Below, piece by piece: positions 19,777 through 28,297 of a DNA stretch of 57,505 nucleotides; position 1 is the first letter of the stretch, and each line of letters starts with the position of its first letter. The stretch comes from Candidatus Tayloriibacteriota bacterium (GTDB lineage Bacteria > Patescibacteriota > Minisyncoccia > Phycocordibacterales > PALSA-1337). The position numbers and the translations under genes are program-made. Below the pieces are notes generated by a model. The model saw only the letters and a list, made by a program, of their open reading frames with translations, made no database searches and was not told the DNA's origin. Where the stretch lies: assembly GCA_037129895.1 (NCBI GenBank), contig JBAXUB010000007.1, positions 1 to 57,505 on the forward strand, written 5' to 3'.

Positions 19777-22700
19777 ATGAGAAAAATATTTTACTTCATT
19801 ATACCCCTATGTATAGCTGTGCCGATCATGGTATTTGGTCAGACGACGGCACCTACAACCTCTTCGCGGGCAACTGCGCCACAGAGTAATGTCGAGCCTA
19901 CGACGGTGGCTTCTCTGTCTATAGAGAATCTAAAGTATTCATACGATAATGTGACGAGACAAGTATTGGTATTCTTTGATCTGGTTAATGATCAAGAGTC
20001 GATCCCAGATGTAAACTACTCACTATCGATAATCTCTGACAATGGGATTAGAAAGGACTTTGTCTATAATAAAAATATTTTCTTGGCAAAAGGTGCATCT
20101 GTTTCTCAGGGTATAAATGAGATAGTCCCAGAATATATATTTGGAAATATTACTCTTTTGTTGCAAGCAAAATCTTCAAGTGGAGTTCCACTTGGTGTTC
20201 GTATACGTAAGGGAATAGAGATAAAACCCACTTTGAATACGGCGTACCTAGATAGTAGTTCATGCTATCTATCTGTGGCGGATTCGACGAAATATAACCT
20301 TACTCAAGGAGTTGATATAGATCCAACGGAACAATTGTATATAAACTGCAGTGTTATCAATATATTGAAGAATCCGTACACACTCGTACCTAAGATCAAG
20401 ACTTATGAGCGTTCAATATCTGGAAAATTGGTTGAGGAGTCCAAATTATCCGAAACATTCATAGATAAAGCGACATCAACCGTCAAGATATTGATCCCTG
20501 TTCCAAATAAGCCACAAGCTTATACATCTATACTGTCGTTGAATAGTGGTGGTATTTCTATAGGTGAAGTTTCATTACACTATGTTGTACGAGGTGAGAG
20601 TGGTACAGCTAGTCTAGTCCAGATGGATAAATTGTCATATTTATCTGGAGACATAGCAAAGGCAAAGATACTTTGGTCACCTAGAGCTGATTCATTTCCA
20701 GGTGCGAGAGCATCTTCAACAGATGCGAGTGGCTCATTCATGGGCAAACTATCTATATTGAAGAGTGGAACACCTTGTGCTGACCCTGTCACATTTTCAC
20801 CATCGAAGACCGCTGACCAGAATATAGAACTCGATGTACCAATTACTACAGATTGTAATGGCTATGAGACCAAGGTTGAAGTAAAAGACTCGAATAATAA
20901 TGACAGTATTGCTGCGGTTTCCTACAAGACTCCTGCGGTTATATTCCCATTGATGACAAATTGGCTACAATATGTCATAGCTCTTGCTGTACTCATCGTT
21001 GTATTAGCAATCTTAGCCGTTGTCGTCGCTATTATAAAGAGGAGAAGGAAATTTATAGACTCGATATTCGTATCGGTGGTAATACTCTTCCTGGTTTCAT
21101 TCTTGTCTGTTAGAGATGTCAGAGCGTATTTATTTACGGTATTGTTTACGAGCGACGGAGGTTCAGTATATATGACATTTTTCGGTGATTTTGAAGTGAC
21201 GGACTTTAATAGTGAAGCGAAGACAACATTCATTAAAGGCGCGGGTGTAAGAATAACCGATTACAAGACAAAGATGTTTCTAAGATGTGCGAATAATGGT
21301 GGAGCCTATGATTCCGTACAGTCAAAAGTGACCGTGACCAGAAACGGCGTAAGCCAGATATTGAGAAATTATACGTCTGTATGTGATTCCTCATCGTTAT
21401 CAGATTATTGTTACAATCATGTAGATTGGTTACCAATATATTCTGGCACGTACACAGTCACAGTTACTTTCAGGGCATTAGAGACGAATTCTACAGCGTG
21501 GGGTAATGAATATTCATATTCAAAGACGATAACAGTCATTGAGCCTAAACAATTGGATATTTCATTTACTGGTACTGGAGCAAGTCAGGGTAAGGTAAAT
21601 CTAGCCAATGCATCAGAATCATCATGTATTGGTCCTTCTCTGTGTACGGTGCCAGTAGCAGTCAATTCTACGGTAAGCGTAACTAATGCTATAGCAAGAT
21701 CGACCACACTGAATACCAACAATCTAACATGTACAATATCGAATCCAGGTTCGTACTATATGGCTACATACAGTGGTTCAATATCAGGCGGTACAACACC
21801 TTATGTGATATATCTGAAAAATGTCATCACTAATGGTTCGCCGGTCTCATACTATGTGTCATATGTGCCGAGTTATACGCAATTCAGGAGTCTTCGTACT
21901 GACACATCATCTGCGTATGTGGAGGTTTCATCCGCTGATGGGCAAATGAGTCAAGTGAGTTGCGGAGGTGCTAGTGTACCCAACCTGACCAGAGGGTATA
22001 CTCAGTTCACTGGATGGGCAGGTGCATGTAGCGGAACAGGTAGTTGTTCTGTTTTGATGAATACTGATAAGAGTGTCCAAGCAGGATATAATTGGGTTCC
22101 ACTTACTCCGAACCACAATCCATCAGTGCCAGTCGTTACTTCAGCTTCTAGTTGCTCTGATATTACGGGTAACATGCCGTATAAGCTGTCATTTGTTATG
22201 ACTGACCCCGATTCTGATCAGGTTCAATTATATGAAGACAAGGGATATCCATCATATTATCAGCCCTATGGCAGTATGATGAATTCTGGCTCGTCCGTTA
22301 TCTATTCAAAGAGTTACACAACTACGGGGGTAAAGACGATTAACTTCAAAGTATATGATGTAAATGGTGCCAATTCTACAATATATTCAACTACAACAAC
22401 CATAGTCGCAAAATGTGCACCAGTAGTGACACTTGTAGCTGACCCTATCTCTATAGTGACCAGTGCGTCTTCGAGTCTGTCTTGGTCATCAGTTAATGCG
22501 ACAGCCTGTGTAACCTCTGGAGATTGGCCTTCGCCACAGACGAGTACAACCAGTGCAAAGTTGACCGGAGGTAAATTGAGCACTGGCATTTTGTCCGTTG
22601 CAAAGACATATTCATACAGTATGAGCTGTACGGGTACAGGTGGTAAGAGTGCTACGAGTACGGTGACGGTGTCGGCAGCCAATGTTGTACCGTTAGCCCT

Positions 22701-23595
22701 CACGTGTAGTGCAAATAATACGTCAGTACCTCCGCAAGGCCTAGAGACTATATTTAGAGGTGCAATTTCTGCTAGTGATCCAGGTACTGGACCCTATTAT
22801 TGGAATAACATGACTTCATCGTCGGTATATAACGCCACAAATACGACGATATTCTATCAAAATGGTACGACTTCACCACCGACATTCAGTGTCAAAGACT
22901 CATCCAATCCGCAAAGAATAGGTAACGTAGCTTGTGCACCGATACGTTTAGAAACTACATTGATGAAGTGTGACCTGAAGATAGACGGTAAAGATAATAA
23001 TGTGGTGGCCTCTCCAGGTTATAATATGCCAGTGACTTGGTCTTCAACTAATGCTCTAAGTTGTATAGTGGACCCTATGGACTGGAAAGATCTGAGTGGT
23101 GGTAAGGATGAATATAATGTTAATGTTACTGAAACAAATACCTACACGTTAAGTTGTACGAACACTAGAGCAACCCCACCAATTTGTACTGACTCTATTA
23201 CTCTTAGAATGGTTACTGGTGATGGTATCCCGAATGCGGTAGTCTGGTTTGATTCTCAGTTTCCGAATGTTTCTGAAGCACCTGATAATGTTCAGGCTTC
23301 TAAAAAAACGTTATCTGTTCAAGAGGGTACCACAGTTAAAATTGGAAATAGTTGGAATGAGAATCTTATTGCATCATGTAAAGGTGTTACGATATCTGGT
23401 CCTTCGAATAATGGATGGACTAATACCTCTTTGCCGAATAACACTTTAAAGATTCTTCCTTCAAATCTATCTGTTGGTACATATAAGTTAAGCATGACTT
23501 GTGACGGTATACCTTCTGAAGAGAGTACTGTAGAAACTTATACGAGCAACACGATCCGTCTCATAGTGACAAAGTCTATACTAAAGGAAAATTAA
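19777..23595 (+). CDS. Giant secreted/membrane-anchored multidomain protein, paralog B
   Basis: 1272 aa. Signal peptide, N-domain alignable to A (NLKYSY, TYERSISG, HYVVRGESGT, ILWSPRAD.FPGARASST), and an internal TM hairpin ending VRA|YL. It also has an InlB-B-repeat-like FTGWAGACSGTGSCSV segment, a PKD-like module, SW-S-NAT-C modules, and the shared C-terminal module. Confidence 0.88.
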   Translation: MRKIFYFIIPLCIAVPIMVFGQTTAPTTSSRATAPQSNVEPTTVASLSIENLKYSYDNVTRQVLVFFDLVNDQESIPDVNYSLSIISDNGIRKDFVYNKNIFLAKGASVSQGINEIVPEYIFGNITLLLQAKSSSGVPLGVRIRKGIEIKPTLNTAYLDSSSCYLSVADSTKYNLTQGVDIDPTEQLYINCSVINILKNPYTLVPKIKTYERSISGKLVEESKLSETFIDKATSTVKILIPVPNKPQAYTSILSLNSGGISIGEVSLHYVVRGESGTASLVQMDKLSYLSGDIAKAKILWSPRADSFPGARASSTDASGSFMGKLSILKSGTPCADPVTFSPSKTADQNIELDVPITTDCNGYETKVEVKDSNNNDSIAAVSYKTPAVIFPLMTNWLQYVIALAVLIVVLAILAVVVAIIKRRRKFIDSIFVSVVILFLVSFLSVRDVRAYLFTVLFTSDGGSVYMTFFGDFEVTDFNSEAKTTFIKGAGVRITDYKTKMFLRCANNGGAYDSVQSKVTVTRNGVSQILRNYTSVCDSSSLSDYCYNHVDWLPIYSGTYTVTVTFRALETNSTAWGNEYSYSKTITVIEPKQLDISFTGTGASQGKVNLANASESSCIGPSLCTVPVAVNSTVSVTNAIARSTTLNTNNLTCTISNPGSYYMATYSGSISGGTTPYVIYLKNVITNGSPVSYYVSYVPSYTQFRSLRTDTSSAYVEVSSADGQMSQVSCGGASVPNLTRGYTQFTGWAGACSGTGSCSVLMNTDKSVQAGYNWVPLTPNHNPSVPVVTSASSCSDITGNMPYKLSFVMTDPDSDQVQLYEDKGYPSYYQPYGSMMNSGSSVIYSKSYTTTGVKTINFKVYDVNGANSTIYSTTTTIVAKCAPVVTLVADPISIVTSASSSLSWSSVNATACVTSGDWPSPQTSTTSAKLTGGKLSTGILSVAKTYSYSMSCTGTGGKSATSTVTVSAANVVPLALTCSANNTSVPPQGLETIFRGAISASDPGTGPYYWNNMTSSSVYNATNTTIFYQNGTTSPPTFSVKDSSNPQRIGNVACAPIRLETTLMKCDLKIDGKDNNVVASPGYNMPVTWSSTNALSCIVDPMDWKDLSGGKDEYNVNVTETNTYTLSCTNTRATPPICTDSITLRMVTGDGIPNAVVWFDSQFPNVSEAPDNVQASKKTLSVQEGTTVKIGNSWNENLIASCKGVTISGPSNNGWTNTSLPNNTLKILPSNLSVGTYKLSMTCDGIPSEESTVETYTSNTIRLIVTKSILKEN

Positions 23596-23627
23596 ATTAT
23601 TAATGTGGGAATTAAAATCAAAAAACG

Positions 23628-26600
23628 ATGAAAATTATTAGCAAATCGATCATTATAATTCCACTACTTGCATTATCGCTATATATTTCGCAAGCAAATG
23701 CTGTTAGAGCCCAATCAAATGATGTTGAACAGTTAGAAGTTACAAGCTGTTTTGATCATTACAAATTTGGTGGTGTAGAGGTTAGTTTTATATCTTCACC
23801 AAGCGAGCGATTTTCGGCCGGTACGAAGCTGGATTTTAGTGGAAACATAATTAATACAAATGATTATCCGATTCTCGATGTGATGATCTACGCAAAGATA
23901 TTCAAGAGAAATACGGTAAATAGTCAAGATGATCAGGTAGATCAATTCATTGTTATGGACGGTTTCAATCTAAAAGCTTTGGATAAAAGATCGGTCCATT
24001 TTACTTGGTCAATACCTGCATACGCTCTAAGCGGTGACTACACATTGAAGACGTATGTTATTTCCAGTCAGCGATTCAATCATAGCGGTCTATCATTTAC
24101 TGAAGATGTTTCGGCAAGTATGATGAGTTTTGGCGTATACGGAGAGCGGAAAGGTATATTGAATTTCGATAAAGACAAGGTTTATGTGAATGATGCGAAA
24201 TTTAACTTTGCCGCATTCATTCCGCAGGTAGATCGATATAAACCTATTGACGTTAAAGCATTAATATCCAACCGTTCCTCCAATGATGAGTCGGCTATTA
24301 TCACTTACAAATTGTATAAATGGGACGGTATTCGGCCTGAAAACCTTGTCTCAAGTTCAGAAGAGATTCGAACTATCAAGGCAAATAGTGATTTGGATGT
24401 ATTCTATAAAATTGAGGACAATTCGACTTCAGTATATTATCTGACAATCGAAGCGCGGTATAAGGATACAAAATCAATTCTCAACGTTAGAGTTGCTAGA
24501 AATGGAGCTGATGTACCCAGGATCAATTCAGTGGGTGTCAGTAAATATCCAATAGATGTAAATACGACAATATTTTCTTGTGTACATAATACAGGGCAAA
24601 CCACGGAGATTGACGGTTACCATATGGGTATAGAATTGAGTAATGAGTATGGCGATACCCTATATCAAGGAGAATATCGGGGAAAAATTTCTAGTGCTGT
24701 AATGGGGTTAGAGAATGTTCTTTCAGGTGTAAAAGAACCTTTGGGTAATTTCGATATACAAGTAATGCTATACGACAAGGATGATGTCGTTATTGATAAA
24801 GTTGTGCTTATTTATGATTGCAGTATTATCGATCCAACAAAGTGTAGTAGTTCATCTACTTTAATCTTGAACTATATAGGACATAATTTGTTGGTATCAT
24901 TTATAATAATGGCATTATTTATCATATTGACAATGACGATCATTACTACCAGACACAAGAAGATCCAACACAATCATCCCACACTAACTATGCTGTTACT
25001 TGGTGGAATACTTTTTGGTAGTGCATATGTCAATATACCGTATTTTGTAGAGGCAGAAGAAGTTAAACAAAATATATTTTTACCCAATCCAGGTGTAGGT
25101 GATATTTCGTATCTTTCTAATTTCATGAGATCCAGCGGCACTAATTCTGCAACCATGAATACAGGTTTTTTTGGAGGTGCTAGTGGATATAGTCAAATGT
25201 ATCTTACTGTTAATACATATTATGGGATAAATATTTATAAGAAGTCTTCTTACCTTGGGATGTACGAGAAGATTGGAAGTGATGCTATAGTCAAGGTCGG
25301 TGAATTTATTAAAATTGAGAGTTGGAATATAGGTGCTTCAGGCAGTCTGGCAAACAACGTATCTTGGAATGGTTCGGGTTCCGCAGCTGATACACCATAC
25401 GTATATTGGGTTTTGCGTGATTATCAAAAACCCTATGATAATACGGGGTGTAATGAAAATGATTACGTATTTAAGACCACCTACCCCAACCATCCTGGCA
25501 GAAAATATCGTTTCTACTATCCAGTTACTATAACTATACCGAGCTTTAATACTAGCGGTACGAGCGCAAGAGAGACTTCCGTAGGCACAAATGAGTGGAT
25601 GGTTACAGATGCCGGTAAGATAGATTTTACTGCTACAATAGGTGCGACTAAGGCTCATCCATATATTGCTAGTGAGTTTGATATCTGTGAAATACAGAAC
25701 CAAGCTATAACAGATGGAGTAAATCATATAGTAATAGACGGCCATACTTTCAATTTTACATTGACTGCTGTACCCCCTACACCTGCAAATCAAGCACCAA
25801 GTATACCAACTGCTAGTGTAACTAGTTCCTGTGCGGACTCGACAGGAAGCAGTCCAATTACTTTTATAATTTCTGCAACTGATCCTGAGAGTAATCGTGT
25901 AAAATACAGCATAGATTACGGTGATGGCGGCGGATGGACATCGACGGGAATGTTTTATGATTCTGGTCAGCCAGTTACGTATTCTAAGAATTATGCTTCA
26001 CCAGGAACTAAACAAATAAGTATCAAAGCAGAAGATACAAATGGAAGTGTGTCGTCAGTATTAACTGTTACTTCAAACGTTTTAGCGAATTGTAACCTTT
26101 TGAATGCTACTTGCAGCCTTAATCCGCCTAGTGGTGCGCTATCTAGCGACGGGGGTAGTGTAAGATTCACTGAAACTGCCAATACGGATACGTCAAAATA
26201 TGTCTATCAATGGAATAATTCAACACTTTCTAATCAGCCAAATAATCTATCGCTTGTATATCCACAGAATACAACTAATAAAGCTATAGTATCGCCTGGA
26301 CCAGAATTGATTCTAACTAGAAAGTCTGACCTTGTCTCAATGAGAATACAGTGTGGCAGTGTAACTACGGCACTAAATAATACGCTCTCATGTGGTTCAT
26401 TGACGGTTAGTCCACAGTCGATCCCAGTAAATGGAACGGTATATATTTCGTGGAAGTCTACGAGTAATGCATCGAGTTGCCTCCTAAACACTGTCTCGGT
26501 AGCGACATCGAGTGGCAATCTATCTGATAATCCAAGTCAAAATACTACATATTCATTACAATGTACCAATTCAAATACTATACCGACAAGCTGTAGTTCA

Positions 26601-27026
26601 AACAGTCAGATTGTAATTATAACTAGACCAGCCAACTCTGGAAAAGTTAAACTATTAATATCTAGATCAAACGCGACTACATTATCGGTGACTGATCTGA
26701 CGGATGCGACATTGGGAAATACATATTACACGTCTTCAAATAAATTTCTTTCCGTGAGACTTGGCGAGTCGTTCAAGTTGCAGACAAACATCGGGCCCGA
26801 TTTTCGAAGCTGTTCAAACAGTATCTCAAAAAGTTTAACTCCGTCTGCTAATGAATGGTCAGGTATGACGTCTACCTCAACTTCTTATAGTAAGACCCTC
26901 GCGACTGATTCAAATACTGAATTGGGAACATATATATTCAGAATTTCGTGTATTGATGATGTGGGGACGATTGCATCTAGCTCAGTCAAGTTGAATATTA
27001 CAAATACTGTATTGAATGAACTGTGA
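23628..27026 (+). CDS. Giant secreted/membrane-anchored multidomain protein, paralog C (distinct N-domain)
   Basis: 1132 aa. Signal peptide (ends NAVRAQS), a different N-terminal beta-rich region, and an internal TM hairpin ending VEA|EE. It also has a PKD-like module (DYGDGGGW), one SW-STSNASSC module, and the shared C-terminal module. Confidence 0.85.
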   Translation: MKIISKSIIIIPLLALSLYISQANAVRAQSNDVEQLEVTSCFDHYKFGGVEVSFISSPSERFSAGTKLDFSGNIINTNDYPILDVMIYAKIFKRNTVNSQDDQVDQFIVMDGFNLKALDKRSVHFTWSIPAYALSGDYTLKTYVISSQRFNHSGLSFTEDVSASMMSFGVYGERKGILNFDKDKVYVNDAKFNFAAFIPQVDRYKPIDVKALISNRSSNDESAIITYKLYKWDGIRPENLVSSSEEIRTIKANSDLDVFYKIEDNSTSVYYLTIEARYKDTKSILNVRVARNGADVPRINSVGVSKYPIDVNTTIFSCVHNTGQTTEIDGYHMGIELSNEYGDTLYQGEYRGKISSAVMGLENVLSGVKEPLGNFDIQVMLYDKDDVVIDKVVLIYDCSIIDPTKCSSSSTLILNYIGHNLLVSFIIMALFIILTMTIITTRHKKIQHNHPTLTMLLLGGILFGSAYVNIPYFVEAEEVKQNIFLPNPGVGDISYLSNFMRSSGTNSATMNTGFFGGASGYSQMYLTVNTYYGINIYKKSSYLGMYEKIGSDAIVKVGEFIKIESWNIGASGSLANNVSWNGSGSAADTPYVYWVLRDYQKPYDNTGCNENDYVFKTTYPNHPGRKYRFYYPVTITIPSFNTSGTSARETSVGTNEWMVTDAGKIDFTATIGATKAHPYIASEFDICEIQNQAITDGVNHIVIDGHTFNFTLTAVPPTPANQAPSIPTASVTSSCADSTGSSPITFIISATDPESNRVKYSIDYGDGGGWTSTGMFYDSGQPVTYSKNYASPGTKQISIKAEDTNGSVSSVLTVTSNVLANCNLLNATCSLNPPSGALSSDGGSVRFTETANTDTSKYVYQWNNSTLSNQPNNLSLVYPQNTTNKAIVSPGPELILTRKSDLVSMRIQCGSVTTALNNTLSCGSLTVSPQSIPVNGTVYISWKSTSNASSCLLNTVSVATSSGNLSDNPSQNTTYSLQCTNSNTIPTSCSSNSQIVIITRPANSGKVKLLISRSNATTLSVTDLTDATLGNTYYTSSNKFLSVRLGESFKLQTNIGPDFRSCSNSISKSLTPSANEWSGMTSTSTSYSKTLATDSNTELGTYIFRISCIDDVGTIASSSVKLNITNTVLNEL

Positions 27027-27072
27027 CGGGCGATTAAATGTTATTTATAATAATCAGTAATAAAAAAATCAT

Positions 27073-28236
27073 ATGAGCAAAAGAACAGTTTTACGTGCAG
27101 TATCAATATCACTTGCAATATTTTTCATTAGTTTGTCATTATCGGCATTGGTCCGAGCAGAAACGACTACGTCGACTGGTATTTGTCCAAAAAGGTTTAT
27201 TTGCGTAAAAACAAAAGCGAGTTGTCCTATAGGATATGTTTGTACACCAAATGATGAAAATAGTTACGGAACGATAAAAATGCAGGCAATGACTAGTAAT
27301 ACCAATTATGTACCAGGAACGTGGTATAACAATGCAATTTTAATCAATGATAGAACTATGAATAGCAGTATGTCAACAAATGCGGTGAGAGCGACAAATT
27401 TAGTAGGCACTACTAGTAGTACAGCATCAGTATCTGGTCAAGAAACAGATGCGAATAGTTCGTCTAACAGCGCATCCGCATCGTCTAACCCTGAAGTATA
27501 TTCAGGCCTTGTTACTAGGGATGATAGTGTGTGGCAGCATGCAACGAATTTGTCGTGGACAGCGTATACGACTGATCAACCTGGTGCGCTTATCACATTG
27601 TGTAGATTTCCCATAACTGACGATGGGGCTAGATTGTGGCAACAAGTTTTGAGAGAGCGAGGCATTAATGCAGATTTCTTGACTGATGATTCAACACTCT
27701 ATGTTACTTGGACAGCAAGTTCATATAGAACGTATCTCGCACAATCAAAAACTCAATCTGCAGGCAAGGCTAGCCAGCAATTCCCAGCATCGAGACTTGC
27801 GAGATGTCTAGATTCGGACTATGTATCAAACTTTCCTGAATGGTCTAGTCACTTTACGAGCGTTTTGACACCAAAAGCAGCTCCGTTACCGCCACTTGCA
27901 ACATCGTCTGTATCGTACAATGTAAGTGTGAATTATAGTTCTTTTGCGGCAGAAGCACAGCAAAACCATTACACCTCAATCTATACTGGTTCAGGAACAA
28001 AGATTGTTTCTGTAACGGTATTCAAGTTCAATGATAGTCCTACGATGACAGCTGACCAAGTGATAAGTAACCTGAACAGTCTCGGTTATCGTCCAGCGGT
28101 TATCTCTGAGCTCGCAGCTCTACGAACAGGGTTAGGAATTGTTGCTCTGGGTACTAACCTCGGTGGGAGCTATGGTTATCCAGTCACAGGCACTGGTTCC
28201 AACGGCTCGTTCAATCAAGTGACTGGTCTCGGCTAA
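27073..28236 (+). CDS. Secreted protein with Cys-rich N-terminus. Possibly the 5' part of a frame-disrupted giant-protein gene
   Basis: 387 aa. Signal peptide (LSALVRA|ETT), GICPKRFICVKTKASCPIGYVCTP segment, Ser/Thr-rich. Its stop overlaps the open frame of the next ORF. Confidence 0.7.
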   Translation: MSKRTVLRAVSISLAIFFISLSLSALVRAETTTSTGICPKRFICVKTKASCPIGYVCTPNDENSYGTIKMQAMTSNTNYVPGTWYNNAILINDRTMNSSMSTNAVRATNLVGTTSSTASVSGQETDANSSSNSASASSNPEVYSGLVTRDDSVWQHATNLSWTAYTTDQPGALITLCRFPITDDGARLWQQVLRERGINADFLTDDSTLYVTWTASSYRTYLAQSKTQSAGKASQQFPASRLARCLDSDYVSNFPEWSSHFTSVLTPKAAPLPPLATSSVSYNVSVNYSSFAAEAQQNHYTSIYTGSGTKIVSVTVFKFNDSPTMTADQVISNLNSLGYRPAVISELAALRTGLGIVALGTNLGGSYGYPVTGTGSNGSFNQVTGLG

Positions 28237-28297
28237 ATATGATCGTGTCCCGGCAAATACGGTTGTTCACCCAAATACTGCCCCTGTATTCAATAAT

